Source: Intoshia linei
Lineage: Eukaryota > Animalia > Orthonectida
Assembly (NCBI GenBank): GCA_001642005.1
Contig: LWCA01000172.1
Coordinates: 1 to 44,761, forward strand
Direction of reading: 5' to 3'
Length of the DNA stretch: 44,761 nucleotides
Part shown: positions 1 through 11,094 of the stretch, in pieces
Layout: every line of letters starts with the position of its first letter
Position numbering within the stretch: position 1 is the stretch's first letter
Made by a program: the position numbers and the translations under genes
The notes under the pieces: generated by a model
Databases searched by the model: none
What the model saw: the letters and a program-made list of their open reading frames with translations, nothing else
Told to the model about the DNA's origin: nothing

Positions 1-231
1 TGAAATTATCAAGGTGCCTAAGACTTATGTCGTCAATATTTTTAATATCGCAAAACACAACCGTATTAAAATGTATCTTTTTATAGGTAGTTTATGACAT
101 CAGCATAGTTATATATTGGTGAGATTATTCTTCAATTAGTCTGATATTTAATTTCACGTTCGCCTTATTAATTTTATAGTGGTTTTTAATGAGAATGTGT
201 AGGATGCCTAAGACTTATGTCGCGCACTGTA
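1..231 (-). mobile_element. Terminal inverted repeat (IR/DR type) of a Tc1/mariner element, truncated by the window edge
   Basis: Ends ...GCGCACTG|TA (229|230-231). It carries two copies of GCCTAAGACTTATGTCG (16-32 and 206-222). A homologous ~230 bp block at 35441-35672 lies directly upstream of a Tc1 transposase N-terminus. Confidence 0.8.
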
Positions 232-493
232 GATCTGACACTGATTAGGTCCTCTTGTTGACGGTATTGCATCACCAAAATTAACATTAATAACTTGATT
301 AATCAAAACTGGTACAATTTCCTTTTTTATTCAAAAGATTGTTCCTTTACTCGTTACATACATTAAACACAATTTTCGTTGATAACTTTTTATTTTAAGG
401 GAATTTAATTTAGCTATTTATATTTTGTGTCATAATTTAATTTTTGTAAAAAAATAAAGTGCTCAAAACGAGGTTGGAATGTCGGTATAGTAT

Positions 494-528
494 AAGTATA
501 ACGAGGAAGTATAACGAGGAAGTATAAC
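494..528. repeat. 13-bp tandem repeat (AAGTATAACGAGG x2.7)
   Basis: Directly visible: 494-506, 507-519, partial 520-528. Confidence 0.9.
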
Positions 529-1223
529 ATACACATAATAATTTAACCTTAAATTTAATAAAATTGTACAAATATATCGTAAAAAATACACTAAAATAAA
601 TAAAGTATACCACGCAGTTGGTGGCTGTGGGTTTTTATTGCAGTCTGGGTAAAATCTTATATTATAAAATTTGTAGAGCGAATTTTCAGTTTTAAATGAA
701 TTTTTTTAATACCATGAGCTAGTTCGTGAGCTATTATATAGTATTGAAAACGATAAATTGAATCATTAGATCAGTGATTCTCAAACTTTTTTTCGGTGGT
801 GCACCTTAAAGAATAATACACTGTTCTGAAAAAATTTCGATACCTTTGTTTTTTTTAATTTTGGAACATGACATAGTTCATCCAATTACAAATTTAAATA
901 TCGTGATCAAATCTAATAAAACATAAATCTAATATTTTTTCGTAGAACAATTTTAAAATTACTGCATTAAAGTGAAATCTACCACTTTTTATATTTTAAA
1001 AATTGAAGATAAATAAATAATAATAATTATAATATCGTCAACAATTGTAGCCCGAGGGCATTTTAAAATATATTATAATGATACAAATCAAATTAATTAA
1101 ATCAATGAGATTAAAAAATGTAAAATTTGTCAATACATGAATATTTCCGGTAATGAATACCATATTCCGTAGATATTTTATAATTAAATACTTTTATAGA
1201 AAACAGTAACGTAATAAAATTAC

Positions 1224-1498
1224 AGTAATGCCCTGTTCTCGCGCCAACAAATCCCACCTTGAAAGTCCTAATAAATAATAATAAAAACCAAATTTAACGA
1301 AAAATACCGACAGATTCACCGAGTGCATCAGGCATATCAGCACTATCAGAAACTAAAAATAAAACTATGATAATGATACATTTAATCAGTACGAACTTTC
1401 CCTTTATGTGGATCATCTGAATATGGCATTTTTCGTTCAGAGTACCGTTGAAAACTACACGTAAACTTTTTTATCTTTGATAAAACGTTCCTAGACAT
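1224..1498 (-). CDS. COX5B: Cytochrome c oxidase subunit 5B-like gene, 5' exons (3' half degenerate or unresolved; may be a pseudogene)
   Basis: Exons 1498-1393, 1352-1308 and 1267-1224 splice GT-AG in frame to MSRNVLSKIKKFTCSFQRYS...DMPDALGESVGLSRWDLLAREQGIT: a basic mitochondrial-type presequence plus a match to the invertebrate COX5B MPDPLEHATGLEK.ELLA...G pattern. The downstream zinc-binding Cys exons could not be assembled. Confidence 0.5.
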
Positions 1499-1901
1499 TG
1501 TGCTATATTGTTAATAAGATAAACAATTTTAATTAAAAAAACAATGACTTTGACAGCTAGTCTAAACTACACCAATATAATGGTCTTTATTTACAATGCA
1601 CTATGGTTATTGTTTTTAAGTGGTTAACTTTAATTTCATCCGTCAACATCACAATTGCTCCATTTACAAAAATATTGTTGTGATTTTTGAAAAAATTTGT
1701 ACTTTACACGTAATTCTATTTATTCATTTGAACATTTGATTAAAGGTGAGTTTATAACAAGCACAACCTTAGGTTTAATTAATATTGGTCATTACATGTG
1801 TATTATGTCTTTTTTTACGTTTATACTTTTTAATGTCTAATATTCAAATTTAATTTATTTTATGTTGAAAAACTTTGTATATTTATTTTACAATTTTTAG
1901 A

Positions 1902-4900
1902 ATGAAACGATCAAGAGAAAATGATAAAGCAGCAAAGGCTGAAGCCAAGCTATTGAAACATGCTAAAAAAATCGCAGAAAATAAGTAAATTTACTTTTTG
2001 TATTTCATTATTCTTTTGTTATCTAATTTTGGTGGTGCCATAAATTATAAACAAATTGTTAATGCTAGTCGTTAACGAAAGTGATGAGGTTAACTTGTTT
2101 TCATGATATTAACTTTGTGTATTTTAAATTGTTGTAATAATGAACGAGTTTTTCATATGAGGAGACTTATTTGTTTATAATTTATATTTTTCATCAAATT
2201 TCATAATCATGGATCAAGTGCAACAAAACTTACACTAACATAACTTACAACTTGTTGACTATTACTAATTCTATTACGACATTAAATTAGAAAGCGTAGA
2301 CGATATCACATCTAATTTTTGAGTAACATTTGGACATTAATTAACCATATAATATACGAAATACTGTTTTAGGCTTACTTAGAATTACGTACCGTTAAAA
2401 TACTTTCAATTACCTTTAACTGAGTTTAAAAATTTTTAAGTGTTGTACTTTTTAACGTAAGCATGCATCCCGTTTGAGTTCCATCTGCTGTGTTGTATTA
2501 TGGATGGATTTATTTTAATTGTCATGTGGTATAAGAAACTTTTAATTTCGTCAGGTAAAACTAATCTAATCTTTATTTATATCTATTTTTGTGTGAAGAT
2601 TCTATTGTAAATTTGTCATTTCCTTCTTTATATCTTGATGGTTAGGTAGTGCTTTCCACAGATGTGTCGTAGGTTAATTTTAGATGTCTCGCGAACTTTC
2701 AAAAATGTACGTCTCTTTATTTGTTTGTCAGTCGGTTACCATTTATTTAAGAAAGTAACAGGCGTAGAGTTTTCAGAATACCAATTTCTAATACAGATTA
2801 TCGAATGTGTGGTTTTGTTGCAAATTTCTTTTTCAGAGTTATTGCCTTTGAGTCCTTCAAGGTCAAAAACCCCAATTATTCTTTTTTAAAAATCAACCAC
2901 CCTAGAATTTAAAAAAATATACACTCTGAGTGCAGATTTTGAAATCATGAACATTATCATAAATTTCAAAAACTTGTATATCTTTGCGGCCAAAACCACA
3001 AATTACCCTTTTAAATTAAGATTAAAAATGAAAAAAGTTCTAGAATTTTAATGAAAATACATTCCGGGTAGTTTTTTTATATTAAACATTAACATAAATA
3101 ACAACTTCAAAAAAATTGCATTTTAACGATCAAAAGCTCAGATTACTCTTTTTATTTTTAAAATTAAAATTATTTCTAGAATTAAAAAAAATTACACCTT
3201 AAATAACAAAGTGATACCCTCACGGTTAAAAAAGCACTTTGTTTTATATTTTTTTTATTTGATAAATCTTTTAACAAAAAATCTTTAATTACAGTTATTG
3301 AAGACTTACTAATAGTTCTAGAATTTAAACAAAAGTTAAAATATATATTCTGAATTTTTTTAATTTTAATTTGCCCTACAATTTTCGTTTGACTGTGCGT
3401 AATATTGACTTTACGCGGTCATGTCTTAGATATTTATAATATACAGTATTTTTTAATCTGTCTTACATTTTATTTTGTTATTGTTGTCTTTATTTTAATA
3501 TGTATATTAGGGTGTCAATTTTAGTAGTTTTTTATGTGCAGAAACGGTTTAAGTCGCTTATGACAGTTTTAAGGTTAAACTGAAAAAAAGGATAACTAAA
3601 ATATAACTTTATTTATTGAAATGTTATGATGAGATCCTGTAAATATGTTTGCTTGTTTACTTGGCATCTTTTGTCACACCTCTAATGTGTATGACGAAGT
3701 ATTTATTATGTAAGATAACTTTTGGGTATTATCACAGTATTTCTATAACTTATTACATTGCAGTACACAATCAAGATATTCTTACCCTTTTTGAAGCGTT
3801 TTCAAATATTTATAAATGTTCTAGAAAAATCGCCCATCCGCGCGATTTGCTAACCCTTTTACAAAACATTATGGTATACCATAGTATTTTGAAAAATGTA
3901 TACATTTATATTATTTTGTCATTTTTTTATGAATTTGTAGCGACAGTGAATCTGCTTTTCGAAACGCTGTTGTGTACAATTATCTTACTTTTTTTTAAAA
4001 TTGAAGTGGACTTCACTACTTAGATTTAATATACATGTCAAATTTGTACATCTGTTTAATTTCAAATAAATTAATTGATTTAATGATTTGTTTAATAGAA
4101 GTGGTATCATGCTGTTTCGTACATATCATTGTCATATTTGTAGGTTCAAGCTGTGAAACGATCATTAATGTATGTCCATTTAAAACAGTACGGTTCTTCT
4201 ATAATTATAATTATAATGGTTGTCGAAAACATTTGTCACGTTGCGGGTGAAATATTTATTTGAAAATCATACCAATAGTTAAAAAAATATTATTATGACA
4301 CTAAATCAATAATTTAAAAAATTTTAATACCCTAACCGTAAGTTTTTAAAAGTGCAAACAAAAATTTTAATCCCTTTGATGATATTTATTTATGAATATA
4401 TTAAAAATATTAAAATAAACATATATTTTGAAACTGTCGCAGATTTGTCATGACTCATGACTGTATTATGATGTGAAATAAGAGGCTTAGACTTGAGGTC
4501 AGCCACTCCAGCGTGGCTCCTGGAAAATTTTAAATTTACAGTAAAATAAATTTTTATTAATCTATATGAAAATCATTTTTCACTGGAATGCGTAGATTTC
4601 TTGGGTTGAAATTTTGTATTTATATCAACTGGAATAGGCTGTATCAAAATAATCTGTTGTGTTTAATTGTAGGACCGTTAATTACTTCAAATTTTTTGTT
4701 TTAATAAAATATTTTCGAAATAAAAATGAAATTAAAGTGCTTTTTTTGGACTTTGAAGGCGTTACTTGGTCAGATTGAAATTTTTACTGGATAGGTTCAG
4801 CTGTAATTTTTTTTTAAAAAAGAGCAATTTGGGTTTTGGTCATGAAAATTCACTTTTTTGAGGTTTCCATTTATTGTAATGCTTATGATTTAAAAACTAC

Positions 4901-7900
4901 GCCTTAATTAGTGGGTTTGACCATGAATGTATGCGTTTCTGAGGCTAAGATTTACAACAATTTTAATAATTTATAACGCGTTCCAGACTGTATATTTTAT
5001 TAAATTTTTAGGCTGATTGTTTATATACAAAAGGGGAAATTGGGTTTTTAACCCTGAATGGCTCAAATTCAAAAACTGAAAAATAGATATAAACACGCTT
5101 TAGGAAAAACTGTGTCAGAAATGGGGTTTTTAAATAAAATTTCTCACACACAGACATCATTTTTATATAAGTAAAGGATTAATATAAATTGTCTATAAAT
5201 TTTAATAATAAATCTATACTTTCATAGAAATTCCATGATATTTTACCGACAATGTTTGGAGAGGTGAGTAATACTTTAATAAAAGAAATCTTGGTTTCTT
5301 ATGAATTTAGTAGGATCGGTTGACCTACACTATCGTTAATATCAGGGGTTTCAGACTCAATTTGCTTGGCGGGCCAAACGTAAAAAAAATTATGTTAAAA
5401 CTAACAGATTTAATTCATAAAATGAAATATGAAACAATAAAAATGGAATAAGTAAAAATAATGTTAAAATTTTAATAATGAATAAATAAATCATGAAAAA
5501 TATATGAAAAAATTGTAAAATAAGAAATATGTGTAAAAAATAAAAATTTATATTATAACACGGGCCGCAAATGTTTCAAGGGCCGCATAATTGACACCCC
5601 TGGTTAATATCAAACTTTGATTATTAATGCAGATACAATATTATACAATACTTTGAGCAGCAATACTGTTTTTGTAAATTTGTACTTGGATGAATTCATT
5701 CATTTAAAATAATCTTCTATTTTGTTCTATTAATGTTTGTTTTTCTATCAAAAATTTATTAGGGCGTGACATAAAAATGGTTGAGAGTGTCTGCTCTAGG
5801 TCACTTATTTACAGTTTAGAGTAGAACTAATAATTTATAAAAAAAATCCATGTCTTGTTATCTAAAAGACTAAAAGGCCTAAGATTTTAATACTTGTTTC
5901 GAATATTAAATTTTAAGATTTATGTTAATTTTGTAAACTATTTATACCGATTACTTGAAACCTATTATAAAATAAATTATAATTTTAGAATCAAAATACA
6001 AAATAAATTGGAAAAGCAAAAACTCAGAGACCAAACTAAAGAAGAAATTGAAGCGTACATATTAAATGATTCATATAACAATAATTTAGAAAAAAAACTG
6101 AAAAGTTATTGTTACTAGAAATTAAAAGAAAAGAAAAAGAACTAATTCAACAGTAATATTAAATTTATCAAATTTTAAACCAGTGGTAGACAAAATTTTT
6201 CGTCGTGGATCCTCATTTTCAATAAAATATTAAATCTCATTGATTATCAAAATAATTTAGAAACGTTAAATACAATTTAATATATCCGAAATGAATAACT
6301 GCTTTAAACTAAAAAATTTAGACAAAAAGACGAAATACTGATGGAAAAACAAAAAAAAGAAATGATAAAGGTAATTGGCTTCCCTACTTGTATACTAATT
6401 AAAAATTAGCAACGCTGCTTAGAGAAAGAAAAGAATATTATGAAATCATTTTTCTCCAAAAGTGTAAAGAGACTTAGTACAGCAAATCATATTGATGTAT
6501 TAAATTTAAGGTTGACTGACTTACAAACTATTTAGAAAAACCACTTTTGTTTGCGTGAATTTCCAACTAAAAATAATGTGAAAATTGCCCCTATATTCAG
6601 AAAAGAATTTAATGCCAAAAATAAACAAAATTTTGATCAATTATTCTCAAGCCAGGTAAATTGAAATTTATTAAAATTGAAAAATGTAAAAAAAATCTAG
6701 AACACTAAAATCGACATTAAAAATATAAGAAAAACTAATTATCAATCTACTTATACCAGGTTTAATAAAAAATGTTTAATCTAATTTTATCTTAGCTCTC
6801 CTAAAAAATGTATTACTGTTATCGATGAAAATTCACAAGCTTATATTGAAAAATTAGTACCAAAAAAATTTAAATATTTAAAATTTTATGAGAATCGGAA
6901 ACCTCCGTTTTATAAACAATTTAATATTATTACTAACATGGTCAGTGGATGTCGTCCGTTTGGATTTTATAGTGCAAGTTTTTTAGATTAATTAAATATT
7001 ACTAATAATAAATTATAATTTATTTTTTATTTAGGGATTTGATTATACTATCGACAGTGACGATGAATGGGAAGATGAACCTGGCGATGACTGCAATTCT
7101 GGGGTATGATTTTTTTTAATTGATTTAATTTTATTTTTAGGATGAATCTGATAAATCATTCCTAGGTAATTCACAGGACGAGGATGGTTTTATTGTACCT
7201 CACGGATATTTGTCAGATGATGAAAAAAAAGGAGTTATTGACTATAACGAAGAACGACCATTTGTAATTATTTTTTTAATGACCAATATATCTGTTTAGA
7301 AAAATGTCGGTCAAGGCATAAAATGGAACGATGGAATTGAAGAAAATTTCCCCGTTCGAGATCCCAATTACCATGGAGTTGTTTTGGACAATTCTTGTAA
7401 AAGTTTGTTGCACTTTAAGGTTTGGATTGATTTTTAATATTGTTAATTTTTTATATAATAGATGCGAGTATTGACGAAGAATAAAATTATGTGCAGTTTA
7501 GAACAGCCAGTAAATCAGAAAAAGAACTCTAATGTAACTAAACCTCCCGTTCTCGTGGAATTTTCTCAAATTGGTAATTTATTTATCAAACTTATCTAAT
7601 ATAAAAATGTAGATTTTACCCTTTTTCAAAATATGAAACATATCATTTTGATTGTCTTAATTTTAATTTAATTTAGTTATAAAAGAACTAGTCAATATTA
7701 TTCACGGCAATGCTGGACCATTAAATAAAATGATACAAGATTTTATTTATCATTGTTCCACTCAAATTGGAAAACACTGTGGAATGGAAAGCGATGATTA
7801 CATGTGCGCTTCAAAAACATCAAAACGTCAATTAGAATACAAAATAAAATCCATTGCCTCTTATGATCGCAGTTTGCATGCCTGGATAATGAAACCACAC

Positions 7901-8170
7901 GCGGTTGATAAATACAAACTCAAAGTGAAAGAAATAACTTTTACTCCAAAAATCAAAGACCGATTTGAAAGATTGTCTGTCATACCGTCTCTAGAAAATG
8001 CTATGGGTGGGGATACCGATGATTCTTTTGGTGAACCACTTACAGTAATTACGTCTTCCTACACCGACATTAACCGAAAAACGATTCCTCAACCCAACTT
8101 TAATTGGATTCAAAATAATAACGTTTCAGAATATAAACATAGAGATTTGGATATTGATTATTCAGACTAA
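1902..8170 (+). CDS. CHAF1A: Chromatin assembly factor 1 subunit A (p150), multi-exon
   Basis: Exons 1901-1984, 5989-6054, 6090-6152, 6322-6370 and further short exons through 7677-8170 are phase-consistent where checked. They encode a K/E/R-rich coiled coil, PIP2-like KNIMKSFF, KYLKFYENRKPPFY, FDYTIDSDDEWEDEPGDD, DEDGFIVPHGYLSDDE and a C-terminal winged helix (IIHGN...SKRQLEYKIKSIASY...W). Confidence 0.9.
2700..3330 (+). mobile_element. Helitron-like non-autonomous family fragment with internal ~120-bp sub-repeats
   Basis: Repeated modules (GGTCAAAAACCCCAATT...CTAGAATTT...AACATTATCATAAA) match the complete copy at 30722-31994. Boundaries are approximate. Confidence 0.6.
4560..5178 (-). mobile_element. 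Helitron-like non-autonomous family copy (5' part)
   Basis: On the minus strand it starts TCCTTTACTTATATA...TGTCTGTGTGTG. The body is the reverse complement of 31260-31460 (GGGTTGAAATTTTGTATTTATATCAACTGGAATA). Confidence 0.6.
5343..5602. mobile_element. hAT-family MITE (260 bp) with an 8-bp target-site duplication
   Basis: TIRs CAGGGGTTTCA... and ...TGACACCCCTG, subterminal GGGCCG motifs, and identical flanking GTTAATAT at 5335-5342 and 5603-5610. Confidence 0.9.
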
Positions 8171-8207
8171 TTTAAATTATATTGTACCCTTTCCTTAAAT
8201 GTAAATT

Positions 8208-9104
8208 TTAATTTTGTGGTTTTATTAAAAACCATTCACTTATATTGTTGAAATTTTTTCGCATATTTAGAAAGTTGTGATATTCTTTTGTAAAATTGCT
8301 TTGATGTTGTTTTATAGTTTCAATATTTTCTTGAATGCTCATTTCACGAGATAGTTCTGTCAATGTATAGTTTTTGCTTTCATATGTTTCCATATAGTTT
8401 GTTATGCAGGGTATCATCTAATTTAAATGGTTAGTGTTGTTAAATTCGTACATCTTTTTCGTAGAAATTGACGATAAGTTTAACTTTGATCCCGATTTCA
8501 GATTCTATGGAAGGGAATTTTTGTTTATTGATGGTCATCTATAGAATGTAGTGTATTTAAATGTATCAATTTTTTCTACCTTTACATTTTCGTCTTGTCG
8601 TGTAACAAATTTTAAAAATTGCATATACGTATGCTCAATAGTTACGGAACCAGACACTTGGTGTATGATTCTCATGTTGCTTATTAGTCCTTTTAAACAC
8701 ACTAAACTATATTTTAAAGAATTGGTCAGTTGAATCAAGATTTTATCACATTTGGCAATTGTATCTTGCTCCTAATTTCAAAATTTTTAATTATAATTAT
8801 TGAAATTTACTTTCGGATTATCGGATTTTTTCAAATATTTGATGTAATATACACTAGGAGATTCTTTAGGTTTAGTTAAAAAGTCAAATGCGTCCAATGT
8901 ATCCTTATACCGTTTTGTTAATAATAATTGTATATATCTATCCAGTAATTTAAAACAATAATTTCCATCTTTTTTTGACGAAACAAAGGCACTATTATAA
9001 ATGTAACGTGTATCATTGTTTATGTAATTTATTTACCATATATCAAATCCAGCCTTCTTGGCAAATGAACGAACTAGATTTTGAGAATTTTCTATAAAAT
9101 TCAT
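8208..9104 (-). CDS. Unidentified protein-coding gene (~245 aa, 5 exons), convergent with CHAF1A
   Basis: Exons ~9104-9037, ~8990-8811, ~8771-8580, ~8538-8452 and 8417-8208 join via short GT-AG introns into one open frame (MNFIENSQNLVRSFAKK...WFLIKPQN*). No family recognised. Confidence 0.6.
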
Positions 9105-9484
9105 TTAACAATTCAGTACGAGCCAGGTTTATGGAATTTCATTTTTCCAAAAATGTATGTTTCGTATGAGAAGAAGACTTTAATTATAATTTTTTTCTTT
9201 TTTTAAGTGGGATAATTTAGATTAGTAAAACTTTTATTAAATTATAATACAGAAAAATAAATGTGAACTTAAGCTTAATTAGAACTGCATATTGCAGTGT
9301 TTATGAAAATCTAACTGCATCAGCGAAAATTCTTGGTTAAATTATCTTTATTTATAAATTTTTGTTGATTTTAAGAATCAATAAAGAAGGCCCAATAAAA
9401 AATTTTTTAAAGGTCCTCAGTGATAAATGACCTGAGAATTTCTAGTTGTATAATGAATATTAATTTACTTTTTTCATTTTTCAG

Positions 9485-10022
9485 TGGATCAAATGTATCG
9501 TACATCATCTAATTATTATTAACTATTATGTATTAAAATCCTGCTCGGACGAGGTAAGCCGAGTTAAACGTTAGATTCAATTATTTATTTTATTGTTGAG
9601 TCTTTAATCAAAAATTAATTAGGATTTTAAAAGTTCTCTATCGTGTTTACAGTGTCTAGTTGTTAATATTCCGAAAATTCAAAGCACAGAATTACGCTTA
9701 AGACTCTTAAAAAAGATACGAGGTTAAAAGATAGAGGACGAATTTAAAAATGAACTGAAGACAAACAAAATTGTATATACGCCCGTGCAGGAAATTTTTT
9801 TAAATACCCTAGTTTCAAAGTTTGAATTCAGGTCAACTTTTGTTATCAAAAGTATTGTACATTTTTTAACACCATAATAATCTATTCCTTGATATAGCGA
9901 CTGATTTGAATCTGATTTTATATTCTCTGATTCAATCTCTTTATTTCCGATATATTCCTTTAAATTGCTACGAGATTCTTCCAAATTGTACAAACTATCA
10001 GCACTTACGCAAACTAAATTAA
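9485..10022 (+). CDS. Unidentified multi-exon gene, 3' part (5' exons near 9130-9412 unresolved)
   Basis: Exons 9485-9553, 9623-9722, 9813-9851 and 9898-10022 splice GT-AG in frame (WIKCIVHHL...DFKSSLSCLQCLVVNIPK...TDLNLILYSLIQSLYFRYIP...RKLN*). Strong GAG|GTAAGC donor. Confidence 0.45.
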
Positions 10023-10354
10023 ACATATGACATATATTGTATAAATCAGGGATTGGTACTATAATTGGCTCATTATAATCATTTAATACTGAATTTTTAG
10101 ATCGTTCCGGGTTTTATTTTGTTGAATATACTAGAAACGTTTTTCTTCAGTTAAAATTGAAATCTATCATGTGTAAATTTTCAAAAATGGGCCTATATAA
10201 TTTTTTGATATTGAAAAGAGGCCCACGAGATGCAAAAAGTTGCTGATCCCTGGTAAAAATAGAACGAAAAATGCAGTTTTATTAAGCCTAAAAGGTTAAA
10301 ACCTAACTGCATTGTTTCTTTTAGGGTTGGTAAAAGTGGGTTTTTCCCTTAAAG

Positions 10355-11094
10355 CAGTGGTTCTTAACCGGGGGTGCATAATCAATTTTTAGGGGTGCAC
10401 AGAGCTATTTTCAATTTTTTTAATTACATTAATAAAATAATTAGTNCATTTATCAATATTCATTACATTTGCATAATATTTTGGTACACTTAGTATTTCT
10501 ATTATTTAGATTATAGTTAATTATTTTAATTTAATTGTTTATATTATTATTTTTTTTATTTTTACTACCTGCGCAGACTGTTTAAGTACAATTTCCAAAA
10601 AAATCAAAAAATTTACTTAACTTTTTATTATGTTTTTACTATTTTTTAATATCTGCATAACAAATTGCTACAGTGTGTATAATATACATAATAATATATA
10701 CACTGTATATATATAAAATATATGTATGTTTTTCAAATTCCGTTAACACTGATTCCGTTAATGCATATGCAGTTCTCGAGTCTTAAAGGTGTTATTGATA
10801 CAAAATTGATATTCTTTACTCATCGAAAGCAGATACTGAATATATATCATCTAATTGATTGATTCACCAAAAAAATTTTTTAGTAATTTGTATTAAAATT
10901 GTGTGTATGGATAACCTGAGTTTAACTTTTATACATGCTAGAAAAAGTAATAGTTAATCGTACTACAAACTATGATACTATTGAAAGGTTAGAGACCTTA
11001 TAATACAATGGTTCTTAACCGGGGTGCATAATCAATTTTTGGGGTGCACAGAGCTATTTTCAATTTTTTTAATTACATTAATAAAATAATTAGT
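10355..11094 (+). repeat. Two near-identical ~90-bp hAT-MITE 5' ends (10355-10445 and 11006-11094); the first is cut by an N at 10446
   Basis: CA[G/A]TGGTTCTTAACCGGGG..GTGCATAATCAATTTTT..GGGGTGCACAGAGCTATTTTC occurs twice. Confidence 0.8.

Noticed and set aside
2662-2889. Short ORFs within repeats (also 17099-17326, 20174-20593, 23774-23965, 31436-31624, 34717-34956)
   Set aside because: They overlap repeat or intronic sequence and have F/I/K/N-biased composition typical of random AT-rich frames.
3500-4250. ORFs 3649-4023 and 4035-4250, plus a weak minus-strand hAT dimerisation-like phrase (NSVSKSRFTVA)
   Set aside because: No convincing motifs; probably old transposon debris, too weak to call.
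9725-9727. Apparent in-frame TAA suggesting readthrough or a 12-nt intron
   Set aside because: A conventional 90-nt GT-AG intron (9723-9812) removes it in frame.
9724-10026. Minus-strand 100-aa ORF with faint ORC3-like words (DLNSNFETRVF; IFGILTT nearby)
   Set aside because: Adjacent minus-strand segments contain stops, while the plus strand splices cleanly here; treated as an antisense shadow.
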